DNA of 64,000 nt from an uncultured Candidatus Saccharibacteria bacterium. GTDB lineage: Bacteria; Patescibacteriota; Minisyncoccia; Phycocordibacterales; UBA9973. The stretch covers positions 167,097 to 231,096 of the forward strand of contig CAZGOI010000001.1 of assembly GCA_964527185.1 (NCBI GenBank). The letters run 5' to 3'. Positions 30,109 to 39,961 of this stretch are shown here, piece by piece. How positions within the stretch are numbered: position 1 is the stretch's first letter; every line of letters begins with the position of its first letter. Made by a program: the position numbers and the translations under genes. Under the pieces are notes generated by a model, which saw nothing but the letters and a program-made list of their open reading frames with translations, was not told the origin of the DNA and did not search any database.

Positions 30109-30116
30109 AATTTCCC

Positions 30117-30140
30117 AAAAATCCCCACGAGGGGATTTTT
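30117..30140 (+). terminator. intrinsic terminator inside the ribosomal protein operon
   Basis: AAAAATCCCC-ACGA-GGGGATTTTT. Confidence 0.6.
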
Positions 30141-30142
30141 GA

Positions 30143-30171
30143 TTGACATAAGTTTAGCTGTCTGCTAGTAT
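30143..30171 (+). promoter_or_regulatory. internal promoter (TTGACA-17-TGCTAGTAT) before rpsN
   Basis: Seen directly in the sequence. Same extended -10 motif as the other promoters. Confidence 0.55.
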
Positions 30172-30278
30172 AAGGGAAGTTCAATATTGGGTAGATCTGT
30201 GTTTCTCCTTAAGGTCTAGAACAAGATTTTAAGAACAAACACACGATATCGCTCGATTAGGAACTATTATTTTTATTT

Positions 30279-30464
30279 ATGGCAAAAACATCAGTTTTAG
30301 CGAGACATCGCAAAAAGTCTAAATTCTCAACTCGGGAAACAAACCGATGCTTTCGCTGCGGCCGTGGCCGCGCCTATATGAGAGATTTCGGCATTTGCCG
30401 TATCTGCTTCCGCGAACTTGCAAATGAGGGCGTGTTGCCGGGTGTTCGTAAATCTTCTTGGTAG
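30279..30464 (+). CDS. rpsN: 30S ribosomal protein S14 type Z (zinc-binding)
   Basis: 61 aa. CxxC..CxxC zinc ribbon. Confidence 0.9.
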   Translation: MAKTSVLARHRKKSKFSTRETNRCFRCGRGRAYMRDFGICRICFRELANEGVLPGVRKSSW

Positions 30465-30495
30465 TTCAACCATTCTTACTATAAATATAAAAATT

Positions 30496-30882
30496 ATGGA
30501 TCAAATCGCAAACATGATGAATATGATAAAGACCGGCAATGTCGCAGGACATGAGTTTGTCACTGTGCCTTATTCAAAGATCAAAGAATCGATTGCCAAC
30601 TGTCTAGTCAAAGAAGGTTATCTTTCTTCTGTTACTAAAAAAGCCCAAAAAGGTTTCCCAGTCCTCGAGCTCGGCCTTTCATACAATAGTGGTTTGCCAA
30701 AAGTAAATGGTGTCGAGCGCGTTTCAAAATCTTCCCGTCGCGTTTATGCTGGAGTCAAAGACATCAGATCTACGCGAAATGGTTATGGTATTTCAATTTT
30801 AACTACACCAAAAGGAATTTTGACAGACAAACAAGCCCGCAAAGAATTAGTCGGTGGCGAAGTCCTATTTAAGCTTTGGTAA
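30496..30882 (+). CDS. rpsH: 30S ribosomal protein S8
   Basis: Starts MDQIANMMNMIKTG. The ORF-track N-terminus (30418) is an upstream in-frame artefact. Confidence 0.85.
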   Translation: MDQIANMMNMIKTGNVAGHEFVTVPYSKIKESIANCLVKEGYLSSVTKKAQKGFPVLELGLSYNSGLPKVNGVERVSKSSRRVYAGVKDIRSTRNGYGISILTTPKGILTDKQARKELVGGEVLFKLW

Positions 30883-30886
30883 TATT

Positions 30887-31423
30887 ATGTCTAGAATCGG
30901 CAAACAAAAAGTAATAGTTCCAAATGGTACCGAAGTCAAACTCGAAGGCACACTTTTTTCTGTCAAAGGCCCAAAGGGCACACTATCCCGCAACTTTCCT
31001 GGCGCAGTTTCAATAAAAATCGAAGGCAATCAAGTAACTTTTGTTCCGGCAATTTTAGGAGATAGAAAAGTCAATGCTCTTTGGGGGGCCTATGCCTCGC
31101 ATGTAAAAAATATGGTAGAAGGTGTAAACAATGGCTACGACAGGACTCTGGTACTTGAGGGTGTCGGCTACAAATCAGATGTTTCTGGCAACACACTCAA
31201 TCTGGCTCTCGGTTTTTCGCATGGAGTCAAGGTAACAATCCCAGAAGGAATTAAAGTTACTGCCGATAAAAATGTCATCAATATATCTGGTATAGACAAA
31301 GAACTCGTTGGCCAATTTTCGGCTGCAATCAGAGCTATGAAAAAACCAGAACCATACAAAGGAAAAGGTTTTCACTACACTACCGAGGTCGTTCGTCGCA
31401 AACAAGGCAAGAAAGCTGCATAA
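30887..31423 (+). CDS. rplF: 50S ribosomal protein L6
   Basis: Starts MSRIGKQKV. Two L6 repeats. Confidence 0.85.
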   Translation: MSRIGKQKVIVPNGTEVKLEGTLFSVKGPKGTLSRNFPGAVSIKIEGNQVTFVPAILGDRKVNALWGAYASHVKNMVEGVNNGYDRTLVLEGVGYKSDVSGNTLNLALGFSHGVKVTIPEGIKVTADKNVINISGIDKELVGQFSAAIRAMKKPEPYKGKGFHYTTEVVRRKQGKKAA

Positions 31424-31429
31424 TAATAT

Positions 31430-31771
31430 ATGAACAAGAAACAAGAAAAGAGAATACGATTAAAGAAAAAAATTAGAACAAAAGTTTTTGGCACTGCCAA
31501 GCGACCGCGTCTATCTATTTTTCGCTCGAACCGATTTATCTATGCCCAGCTCGTAGATGACGAATTGCATAAAACATTGATTTCAGCCTCAGATGTTAAA
31601 ATATCAAAAGGTAAAAAAAGCGATCGAGCAAAAGATGTAGGTCAGGAACTCGCCAAAGAAGCAAAGGCAAAAAAGATAAAAAAAGTGGTTTTTGATCGCA
31701 ATGGGTTCAAATACAGTGGTCGCATCAAAGCCCTCGCTGACGCTGTCAGAGAAGCAGGTTTAGAATTTTAA
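31430..31771 (+). CDS. rplR: 50S ribosomal protein L18
   Basis: Position. RLSIFRSNR motif. Confidence 0.85.
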   Translation: MNKKQEKRIRLKKKIRTKVFGTAKRPRLSIFRSNRFIYAQLVDDELHKTLISASDVKISKGKKSDRAKDVGQELAKEAKAKKIKKVVFDRNGFKYSGRIKALADAVREAGLEF

Positions 31772-31781
31772 TTTCAAAAAT

Positions 31782-32393
31782 ATGGACGTACCAAAGAAAA
31801 ACAACAGAAATAGTGATGCAAAAAAAGAAGGAGACCGCAAACCGCGTGCTCACTTTGAACGACCAAAACCCGAGTTTGACCAAAAGATGGTCTCGATTAG
31901 GCGGGTAACTCGTGTCGTAGCTGGGGGTCGCCGTATGACCTTTGCCGTAGCACTTGCTATCGGTGACAAGAAAGGTTCTGTTGGCCTTGGTACTGGCAAG
32001 GGTGGCGATACATCTATCGCCATTGGTAAAGCACTTCGCCAAGCCAAAAAAAGTATGTTTAAAATTAAAACCACTAAATCAATGTCTATTCCGCACGAGG
32101 TCAGCGCAAAGTTTTCAAGTTCCAAGCTCATGATTATGCCAAACAAAGGCAAAGGTCTAGTTGCTGGCAGTACTGTTCGCGATATGCTAGCGCTCGCAGG
32201 ACTTAAAAACGTTACAGCCAAGCTTCACTCTGGTAGTAAAAATAAATTGAACAACGCTCGAGCTGCCTACAAGACTCTTTATATACTTCGTTCAAATACG
32301 ACTCCGGTTCCAGCAAAAATTATTACCGAAGTCATGACAGAAGACAAGGAAGTTGGAAAAGAAGTTGCCGAAGATAATAGTTCTAAAGAATAA
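31782..32393 (+). CDS. rpsE: 30S ribosomal protein S5
   Basis: dsRBD plus S5 C-domain, with N- and C-terminal extensions. Confidence 0.85.
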   Translation: MDVPKKNNRNSDAKKEGDRKPRAHFERPKPEFDQKMVSIRRVTRVVAGGRRMTFAVALAIGDKKGSVGLGTGKGGDTSIAIGKALRQAKKSMFKIKTTKSMSIPHEVSAKFSSSKLMIMPNKGKGLVAGSTVRDMLALAGLKNVTAKLHSGSKNKLNNARAAYKTLYILRSNTTPVPAKIITEVMTEDKEVGKEVAEDNSSKE

Positions 32394-32396
32394 TAT

Positions 32397-32825
32397 ATGC
32401 AAATACACGAAGTAAAAAGAAAAAATAAAAATAAAAAATCAAGGCTCGTCGGTCGTGGTGGCAAGCGTGGCAAAACTTCTGGTCGTGGTGGCAAGGGGCA
32501 GACAGCTCGTGCCGGAAACAAACGTCGACCACAAATGCGAGACATCATAAAAAAGCTGCCAAAACTTCGAGGCTATAGATTTAAATCGATTGAAAAAGTT
32601 TCTGCGCCGGTCAACCTTGGCTCACTAAGCGTTTTCAAAAAAGATGAAACCGTCAACCCAAAAACTCTTTTTGAAAAAGGCCTAGTTCGCAAAACCTCTG
32701 GCCTCCTTCCTCGTGTTAAAATACTAGGCGGGGGAGAAATCGATAAACCGCTCCTGTTTGAGGGCTGCAGTATCTCTCAAGCAGCCAAAACCAAGATCGA
32801 AAAATCTGGCGGGACGATAAAATAA
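32397..32825 (+). CDS. rplO: 50S ribosomal protein L15
   Basis: GRGGKRGKTSGRGGKG motif. Directly follows rpsE with no rpmD (L30). Confidence 0.85.
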   Translation: MQIHEVKRKNKNKKSRLVGRGGKRGKTSGRGGKGQTARAGNKRRPQMRDIIKKLPKLRGYRFKSIEKVSAPVNLGSLSVFKKDETVNPKTLFEKGLVRKTSGLLPRVKILGGGEIDKPLLFEGCSISQAAKTKIEKSGGTIK

Positions 32826-32826
32826 C

Positions 32827-34098
32827 ATGGATAAATTTTTCAGTAAAATAAAAACAATTTTTACCGACAAGACTTTACGCTCGCGGATACTTTTTGTGCT
32901 TTGCGCACTCGTCGTCTTTCGCATTCTTGCTATCATTCCGGTTCCAGGTATCGACAAGACCAAGCTCGATGCATTTTTAAATAACAACCAATTTCTAGGG
33001 GTCTTAAATATTTTCTCTGGTGGCGGCCTGTCACACCTGTCGATACTCATGCTCGGGGTTGGCCCATACATCACCGGTTCTATCATCATGCAACTCTTGA
33101 CCATCATGTCACCAAGACTCAAAGCAATGTATCAAGAAGACGGCGAAATTGGCCGCAAAAAATTTACTCAATACGGTCGCGTGCTGACGGTTCCACTTGC
33201 AATCATTCAAGGGCTCAGCCTCCTCATACTTTTGAGCAGGCAAGGAATACTCGGCAGTGTTACTCATTTTGAAATGGTGGCAAACGTTGCGGTCATCGTC
33301 GGTGGTTCGATGCTTCTAATGTGGATCGGCGAACTCATATCAGAATTTGGCATTGGCAATGGCGTCTCGCTCATAATCTTTGCCGGTATCGTAGCAAATA
33401 TTCCAAATGAACTCTCGCAATTCCTTTTCACTTTTGATAAAACAAATCTACCTACATATATTATGTTTCTAGCTATTGGCCTGCTCATCGTTGCAAGCGT
33501 TGTCGTCGTGACCGAAGCCGAGCGGCCGATACCTGTCACTTATGCCAAGCAGATTCACGGTGACAAAGTTTCTGGCGGTACACAGACGTATTTACCGCTC
33601 CGTGTAAATCAAGCCGGCGTCATCCCCATCATCTTTGCGCTTTCGATACTTCTTTTCCCGCAATTGATCGGCAACTTTTTAGCTGGTTCAAGCCACGCGG
33701 CGCTGGCTGCGATATCTCGAGGTTTGCTCTGGTTTGTAAATAATGTCTGGCTATACTCTCTGACATATTTCATTTTTGTTTTTCTATTTACATATTTCTA
33801 CACGGCCGTTACATTTGACCCCGATCAACTCTCAACAAATTTACAGAAAAATGGTGCCTTCATCCCCGGCATTCGCCCAGGCCAAGCGACGCGCGAATAT
33901 ATTTCAAAGATTTTAAATCGTATAACCCTTATGGGCGCGGTCTTCCTCGGCATCATCGCTGTCGTGCCGCTCATCATTCGGGCAGTCACCGGCATTACAT
34001 CGTTTGCTATTGGTGGAACGGCGCTCCTCATCGTTGTCTCCGTTGTGCTTGATCTTATAAAGAAAATGGAAGCCCAGCTCTCGATGCGCGAATATTAA
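32827..34098 (+). CDS. secY: preprotein translocase subunit SecY
   Basis: 423 aa, 10 TM helices. SecY signature regions. Confidence 0.9.
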   Translation: MDKFFSKIKTIFTDKTLRSRILFVLCALVVFRILAIIPVPGIDKTKLDAFLNNNQFLGVLNIFSGGGLSHLSILMLGVGPYITGSIIMQLLTIMSPRLKAMYQEDGEIGRKKFTQYGRVLTVPLAIIQGLSLLILLSRQGILGSVTHFEMVANVAVIVGGSMLLMWIGELISEFGIGNGVSLIIFAGIVANIPNELSQFLFTFDKTNLPTYIMFLAIGLLIVASVVVVTEAERPIPVTYAKQIHGDKVSGGTQTYLPLRVNQAGVIPIIFALSILLFPQLIGNFLAGSSHAALAAISRGLLWFVNNVWLYSLTYFIFVFLFTYFYTAVTFDPDQLSTNLQKNGAFIPGIRPGQATREYISKILNRITLMGAVFLGIIAVVPLIIRAVTGITSFAIGGTALLIVVSVVLDLIKKMEAQLSMREY

Positions 34099-34124
34099 AA
34101 AACTCGACGGAAGTCGAGTTTTTT
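34097..34124 (+). terminator. intrinsic terminator after secY
   Basis: AAAAAACTCGAC-GGAA-GTCGAGTTTTTT. Confidence 0.6.
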
Positions 34125-34138
34125 AATATAATGGCCTT

Positions 34139-34732
34139 ATGAAGAAACCATATACATTTGTATTTTTTGGAGTTGTTGGCTCTGGCAAAGGAACCCAGAT
34201 AGAACTCTTGGAAAAATATATCAAAGACAAAGATATGGGCGCCAAAGTATTGACTATCTACCCAGGGGCCCTCTTTCGAGACCTAATCGGTGGTGGAACA
34301 TATACCGGCAAATTGGTTAAGGAAACATTAGATCAAGGTTGGCTACAGCCAAATTTTATAGCCATGGGTCTTTTTACTGAAAAACTCATATCATCGCTTG
34401 ATGAGCACACCAATCTAATCGTCGATGGCTTCCCGAGGACGGTCACCCAGTCAGAAGTTCTTGAAGCCGCTATGGATTTTTATAAAAGAGGCGACATTAA
34501 AATTATTTATATAAAAGTTGAAAAAGATGAAGCAGTCCACCGCATGAAGATGCGTGGCCGCAGCGATGACACCGACGAAGGCATAGAAAAACGCATGGAC
34601 GAATACATAAACAACGTTGTCCCAGCCATGATGTATTTTAAAGACAAAAGCAACTACACTATATATACGATCAACGGTGAGCAATCTATCGAAGACGTCC
34701 ACAGGGATCTAATCAAAGCGCTCGATCTCTAA
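34139..34732 (+). CDS. adk: adenylate kinase
   Basis: P-loop GVVGSGKGTQ. LID and NMP-binding segments. Confidence 0.85.
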   Translation: MKKPYTFVFFGVVGSGKGTQIELLEKYIKDKDMGAKVLTIYPGALFRDLIGGGTYTGKLVKETLDQGWLQPNFIAMGLFTEKLISSLDEHTNLIVDGFPRTVTQSEVLEAAMDFYKRGDIKIIYIKVEKDEAVHRMKMRGRSDDTDEGIEKRMDEYINNVVPAMMYFKDKSNYTIYTINGEQSIEDVHRDLIKALDL

Positions 34733-34733
34733 T

Positions 34734-35420
34734 ATGCAAAGGGACAAAAACATTGTCATATCTCTCGGCGGTTCGCTCATCGTGCCGGGCGATATCGATA
34801 CTGTTTTTGTCAAAGATTTTGTCGAACTCGTATCTGTCTATGCGAAAGAAAATTTTCATTTTGTGATTATTACCGGCGGTGGGAAAATCTGCCGCAAATA
34901 CAACGAAGCGCTTGAAAAAATAATCACCCCGAGCCACGAAGACCTCGACTGGCTCGGCATCGCCATCACGCGAGCCAATGCCGAATTTGTGCGCATTGCT
35001 TTTGGCGACCTAGCCGATGAGAAAATTTCTCTCGACCCAGACCACTTAGAGAAAAAAGAAAAACCGATCAAGGTCGGCGGCGGCTGGCAACCCGGAAACT
35101 CGAGCGATTTGGCCGCTGTTCGATCGGCAAAAAGCGTTGGAGCAAAAAAAGTAATAAACCTTTCAAACATCGACTACGCCTATGATAAAGACCCGAAAGT
35201 TTTTCCTGATGCCAAAAAGATAGAGCAAACTTCTTGGGCCGATTTCCGAGCCATACTGCCGACAGAGTGGGACCCGGGCCTAAATGCACCCTTTGACCCT
35301 ATCGCTGCCCGCGAAGCAAGCGAGCTCGACCTCGAAGTAGCTATCATGAATGGCAAAAATATCGACAATCTAAAAAACTATCTCGATGGTAAACCTTTCA
35401 TCGGAACTGTTATAACATAA
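34734..35420 (+). CDS. pyrH: UMP kinase, archaeal type (amino-acid kinase fold)
   Basis: 228 aa. Blocks ISLGGSLIVP, ITGGGKICRKY, GIAITRANA, GGWQPGNSSD, LSNIDYAYDKDPKVFPDAKKI and DPIAAREA are collinear with archaeal UMP kinases rather than bacterial PyrH. Confidence 0.7.
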   Translation: MQRDKNIVISLGGSLIVPGDIDTVFVKDFVELVSVYAKENFHFVIITGGGKICRKYNEALEKIITPSHEDLDWLGIAITRANAEFVRIAFGDLADEKISLDPDHLEKKEKPIKVGGGWQPGNSSDLAAVRSAKSVGAKKVINLSNIDYAYDKDPKVFPDAKKIEQTSWADFRAILPTEWDPGLNAPFDPIAAREASELDLEVAIMNGKNIDNLKNYLDGKPFIGTVIT

Positions 35421-35465
35421 ACTGCTATTGTTTTTAATTTTTCTTTCATCTAATATAGGCCCTAC

Positions 35466-36233
35466 ATGGCGGTAATCATTAAAACTAAAGAGGAGATTGA
35501 AATACTGAGGGAAGGGGGGCATCGGCTCGCTTCTGTTTTGAAGAAAGTTGCCGCAAAAGTTGCTCCTGGTATTTCCACTTACGAGCTCGACCAATATGCA
35601 CATAAACTCATTAAAGAATTGGGCGACGAGCCAGCATTTTTGGGCTACAAACCAGAAGGGCAGAAATTCCCATACCCGGCGACGCTCTGCACTTCGGTCA
35701 ACGACGAAGTAGTGCACGGTATTCCAAACAAAAATAAAATTTTAAAAGAGGGCGACATCGTGTCGCTCGACCTTGGCCTCAAACACAAAGGCATGTTTAC
35801 CGACCACGCTGTGACGGTGGCCGTTGGGAAAATAAATAGCAATTCGCAAAAACTTCTGATCGATACCAAAGAAGCGCTCGAAGTCGGCATCGCAAATGCC
35901 CGCGCCGGCAAAACCGTCGGCGACATCGGTTACGCCATAGAGAAATTTGTCAATAAAAAATACGGCATAGTTCGCGACCTGGCTGGCCATGGAGTAGGCA
36001 AAAAAATTCACGAAGACCCATTTGTGCCAAACTTTGGCAAACCGGGCAAGGGCGAGAGGCTAGTTCCCGGCATGGTCATCGCTATCGAACCGATGCTTAA
36101 TTTGGGCGGTGCAAACGTCGTCACAATGCCGGACGGCTACACAATAAAAACCGCCGATGGTTCCCGCAGCGCGCATTTCGAGCATACAATTTTAATTACA
36201 GAAGATAATGCAGAAATTTTGACTACTATATAA
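35466..36233 (+). CDS. map: methionine aminopeptidase type I
   Basis: 255 aa. MetAP metal-ligand blocks (D..D..H..E..E pattern: DLGLKHKG, HGVGKKIHE, AIEPM, HFEHT). Confidence 0.9.
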   Translation: MAVIIKTKEEIEILREGGHRLASVLKKVAAKVAPGISTYELDQYAHKLIKELGDEPAFLGYKPEGQKFPYPATLCTSVNDEVVHGIPNKNKILKEGDIVSLDLGLKHKGMFTDHAVTVAVGKINSNSQKLLIDTKEALEVGIANARAGKTVGDIGYAIEKFVNKKYGIVRDLAGHGVGKKIHEDPFVPNFGKPGKGERLVPGMVIAIEPMLNLGGANVVTMPDGYTIKTADGSRSAHFEHTILITEDNAEILTTI

Positions 36234-36261
36234 AAATCACGATATCGCTACCGTGATTTTT
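36232..36261 (+). terminator. intrinsic terminator ending the S10-spc-secY-adk-map operon
   Basis: AAAAATCACG-loop-CGTGATTTTTG. Confidence 0.6.
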
Positions 36262-36589
36262 GCATAAATTTTTTTTGGGCCTCAGTTTTTAATTATGAGC
36301 AGATCTTCCTTTGTATTTTTTCAAAAGCTTTTTGAGAGTTTCTGAAACATATTTTAATTCAGGGGTAGAAAGCTCTAATTCTTCCCCTGAATATTGGCCA
36401 CTCTCTAATTTTTTCCTCTGGGTTACTAAGAGAATGAGTTTTCCTGTTTGTATGCAGATTATACGACTAAGAGTTTTTTCACTTGGCATAAACTATGTTT
36501 TTAAGTATTTTAAATTAATTTATACATTTGTCAAGTAAGCTTTAAATTTCAATATATTTTTCTATTTCTACATGTTACAATAGTCTACA

Positions 36590-39322
36590 ATGGAAGGTTT
36601 GAATTTAGATAATGCTCCGAAGTTTAAAACTCCGCAGGAAGAGTTAGAATTTTTACGCGCGCATATCAAGGAGCGCGAGAAATTGTTGCAAGAATCTGGG
36701 CAAGAAGTTTACCACGAAAATCTGGCAGACGACGTTCTTTCTGAATATCGCAAGTTTGAGCCAGAAGAGGTCATGCACAAGAGCGCCACCATCAAAGAAA
36801 AAGACGCGCAAGACCTGGTCTTGCGTCTCCACCCAGAACCCCACGATAAGAAGATGGAAGAAATGCTCGGCATACTTCTCGACAAAGGTATTTCAAACGC
36901 CCTGTCGATCATCGGCAAGATGAACAACCCGCACCTAGACGACGACTTTCACCGATTCCTCGTCCAATACCTCTACAGCACCCACAAAATCCCCGGCCTA
37001 AAAGAAGGCAGCCCGCTTTTCAAGTCGCTCGACATGAAACTTTTTGAAATAACACTGCCAGACCCGACAGAAGACGAAAAAGAAAAGAAAAATTTAAAAG
37101 AATTACTCTCGGCTATGGATCAATTCTATGCCGGCATGCACTCGGTTGGCCTTGGCCGTGAAAATGCCAACCGCAATCACTTCACACTCGAGATCGCCCT
37201 GGCCGAAGGCAGCGACAGCTTTGTTTTCTATACCGCCGTCCCGACCCACAAAGCTGAACTTTTTGAAAAACAATTAATCGGCGTTCACCCAAACGCAAAA
37301 GTCAACGAAATTTCCGACGACTACAATATTTTCACCGAGGGTGGTTCGGTCGCGGCCTCGTATGCCACCCTTGCCAACCCCGAAGTCTACCCGATCAAGC
37401 TCTATGATTCCTTCGACCACGACCCGCTCAATATCATCCTCAACGTTTTTACTAAATTAAAAAAGACCGGCGAAGGCGCAGCCATCCAATTCACCATCTG
37501 CCCAGAAGACGACGATATCATAAAAAAATTCCACATAATTTTGGGCGATGTCAAAGAGGGAATGTCGGTCAAAACGGCTTCGAGCATGACTCGCCAATTC
37601 GGCAAAGAAGTCGGTGCCCTCCTAACCCATGCATTTACGGGGCAAAATAAAAAAGAAGAAAAAAAAGTAGATGAAAAAGTAGTCGAAGACATCGGTGAGA
37701 AAATAAAAAGCACGATCATGGCCGCCAATATCCGCATCGTCACCTCGGCCGAGACCAGCCTGCGCGCCAAGCAGATACTCTCTGACATCGAATCTTCATT
37801 CAACCAATTCACCGAATCGCACAGGAACGGCTTTAATTGGAATCACCCCGACGGTCGCAGTTTGCACGACCTGGTGCACGATTTTTCATACAGAAATTTT
37901 AGCGACAAATATTCTATGCCGCTCAATCTAAAAGAACTCTCGACGGTTTTTCATTTCCCATACGGCATTTCTTCTTCACCACAATTAAAACAAGCCCGAG
38001 CTGGCATCGCCCCAGCGCCGATTGAAATAGGAACCGAGGGCGTCGCCCTTGGAACCAATAGCTATCGAGGCAAAGATACAATAATCCATTTTGCCGAGGA
38101 AGATCGCATGCGGCATCTATATGTCATCGGCCAGACAGGTACCGGCAAAACAACGATTATGAAAAATATGATCGCCCAAGATATCGCCGCCGGCCACGGT
38201 GTCTGCTATATCGACCCGCACGGGACAGACATTCAAGATATTTTAAGCTACATTCCAAAAGAGCGCATCGACGATGTCATATATTTCGACCCGGCCTATA
38301 CTGCTCGGCCGATGGGCCTCAACATGCTCGAGTATGACCCAAAATATCCCGAGCAGAAAACTTTTGTCGTCAATGAGCTGATGAATATTTTCAATAAGCT
38401 TTTTGATATGAAGACGGCTGGTGGCCCGATGTTTGAACAGTATTTCAAAAATTCTGCCTTCCTAGTCATGGAGCACCCAGAGAGCGGCGCCACACTGCTT
38501 GAGATCGGGCGTGTGCTCTCCGACAAGGAATTCCGCGATATGAAACTCTCGCATTGCAAAAACCCGATCATCACCCAATTTTGGAAAAGCGCCGAGCAAA
38601 CAACCGGCGACCAGTCGATCGCCAATTTTGTACCGTACATCACATCAAAATTCGACAACTTCATTTCAAACGACATCATGCGCCCGGTAGTCCTTCAAGA
38701 AAAGTCGGTTTTCAACTTCCGCGATATCATGGACAATAAAAAAATCCTCCTGGTCAATCTTTCAAAAGGCCGACTCGGTGATATCAACGCCGACCTAATC
38801 GGGCTCGTAATCGTAAATAAAATTCAGATGGCGGCGCTGTCGCGCGTCGATATGTATGGCAAGGCGATGGAAGACTTTTTCCTGTACATCGATGAATTTC
38901 AAAATGTCACAACCGATTCGATCGAATCTATTCTGTCAGAAGCCCGCAAATACCGCCTGTCGCTTACCGTCGCCCACCAATACATCGCCCAGCTCGAAGA
39001 AAATATCAAAAACGCTGTCTTTGGCAACGTCGGCTCGATGGCCGTTTTTCGCGTTGGAGCCGAAGACGCCGAAGCCCTCGAGAGCAAATTCAAGCCGACA
39101 TTTACCACAGCCGACATCATGAAAATTGAAAATTACAATGCCTACATTTCGATGCTAGTGAATGGCCAGCCGACAAAACCTTTCAACATCGCAACATTTC
39201 CACCGCCACAGGGCAACATGGAGATCGTCGAGAGCATAAAAGAACTCTCATACCTTAAATATGGCCGCGACCGCAATGAAGTCGAAGAAGAAATTATGAA
39301 TAAATATCGACAGGGTGCATAG
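36590..39322 (+). CDS. FtsK/TraD/VirD4-superfamily P-loop ATPase with large N-terminal domain of unknown function (soluble)
   Basis: 910 aa. The C-terminal half has Walker A HLYVIGQTGTGKTT, Walker B FFLYIDEFQNV and coupling-protein-like Q motif LSLTVAHQYIAQL. No TM helices. The first ~500 aa have no recognisable motifs. Confidence 0.6.
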   Translation: MEGLNLDNAPKFKTPQEELEFLRAHIKEREKLLQESGQEVYHENLADDVLSEYRKFEPEEVMHKSATIKEKDAQDLVLRLHPEPHDKKMEEMLGILLDKGISNALSIIGKMNNPHLDDDFHRFLVQYLYSTHKIPGLKEGSPLFKSLDMKLFEITLPDPTEDEKEKKNLKELLSAMDQFYAGMHSVGLGRENANRNHFTLEIALAEGSDSFVFYTAVPTHKAELFEKQLIGVHPNAKVNEISDDYNIFTEGGSVAASYATLANPEVYPIKLYDSFDHDPLNIILNVFTKLKKTGEGAAIQFTICPEDDDIIKKFHIILGDVKEGMSVKTASSMTRQFGKEVGALLTHAFTGQNKKEEKKVDEKVVEDIGEKIKSTIMAANIRIVTSAETSLRAKQILSDIESSFNQFTESHRNGFNWNHPDGRSLHDLVHDFSYRNFSDKYSMPLNLKELSTVFHFPYGISSSPQLKQARAGIAPAPIEIGTEGVALGTNSYRGKDTIIHFAEEDRMRHLYVIGQTGTGKTTIMKNMIAQDIAAGHGVCYIDPHGTDIQDILSYIPKERIDDVIYFDPAYTARPMGLNMLEYDPKYPEQKTFVVNELMNIFNKLFDMKTAGGPMFEQYFKNSAFLVMEHPESGATLLEIGRVLSDKEFRDMKLSHCKNPIITQFWKSAEQTTGDQSIANFVPYITSKFDNFISNDIMRPVVLQEKSVFNFRDIMDNKKILLVNLSKGRLGDINADLIGLVIVNKIQMAALSRVDMYGKAMEDFFLYIDEFQNVTTDSIESILSEARKYRLSLTVAHQYIAQLEENIKNAVFGNVGSMAVFRVGAEDAEALESKFKPTFTTADIMKIENYNAYISMLVNGQPTKPFNIATFPPPQGNMEIVESIKELSYLKYGRDRNEVEEEIMNKYRQGA

Positions 39323-39324
39323 TT

Positions 39325-39894
39325 ATGGAAGAAATAGAAGTAAAATTTTTAGAGATAGATATAGATATTTTAAAAAATAAACTCAAAAGTCTTGGGGCAA
39401 CTTTCATGGGAAGTTTCGATTATAAAAGAAAAGCATATGACTTTGCTGATAGATCTCTTGCAGAAAAAAATGCTTGGGTAAGGTTGCGTGATGAAGGCGA
39501 TAGAGTAGTTCTTACATATAAGCAACGTTTTGGTATTGAAAAAGATATTCTTCAGGGTGGAGGCATGAAAGAAGTTGAAACAATTGTCAGTGATTTTGTT
39601 ATTACTGATGAGTTCCTATCCTCTATCGGTATGATTCAAAAGTTTTATGAGGAAAATAAACGTGAAAGGTATATTCTTGATAACGTAGAAATAGATATTG
39701 ATACATGGCCGATGATTCCTCCGTATGTTGAACTTGAGGGTAGCACATGGAATGCAGTAGAAGCAGTATCTAAAAAACTTGGGTTTGATTGGAGTAAACA
39801 TTTTAAATGTTCGACGATGCAAATATATGAAAAATACGGGATTAATGAAAACGACTACTCAGTTATTACTTTTACGGAACAGATTAAAAAGTAA
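39325..39894 (+). CDS. CYTH-domain protein 1 (CyaB/thiamine-triphosphatase-like triphosphate tunnel metalloenzyme)
   Basis: 189 aa. N-terminal EIEVKF (ExExK), then WVRLR, DIDTWP and PPYVELEG blocks. The start is 3 nt after the ATPase stop. Confidence 0.65.
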   Translation: MEEIEVKFLEIDIDILKNKLKSLGATFMGSFDYKRKAYDFADRSLAEKNAWVRLRDEGDRVVLTYKQRFGIEKDILQGGGMKEVETIVSDFVITDEFLSSIGMIQKFYEENKRERYILDNVEIDIDTWPMIPPYVELEGSTWNAVEAVSKKLGFDWSKHFKCSTMQIYEKYGINENDYSVITFTEQIKK

Positions 39895-39961
39895 TTGCAA
39901 AATATCAGTTTTTTTGCTATATTACAAGTATTAATACAACCGCGAAAGCGATTTTTTATTT

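Noticed and set aside
36289-36489. 66-aa minus-strand ORF in the spacer after map
   Set aside because: It has no RBS or promoter context. It lies in the AT-rich promoter region of the large ATPase gene. It is probably non-coding.
36590-39322. Calling the 910-aa ATPase a conjugative VirD4/TraG coupling protein or VirB4
   Set aside because: The ATPase motifs match the FtsK/TraD clade. But there are no N-terminal TM helices, no neighbouring relaxase or VirB genes, and the flanking genes are nucleotide-metabolic. It is therefore described generically rather than as a type IV secretion component.
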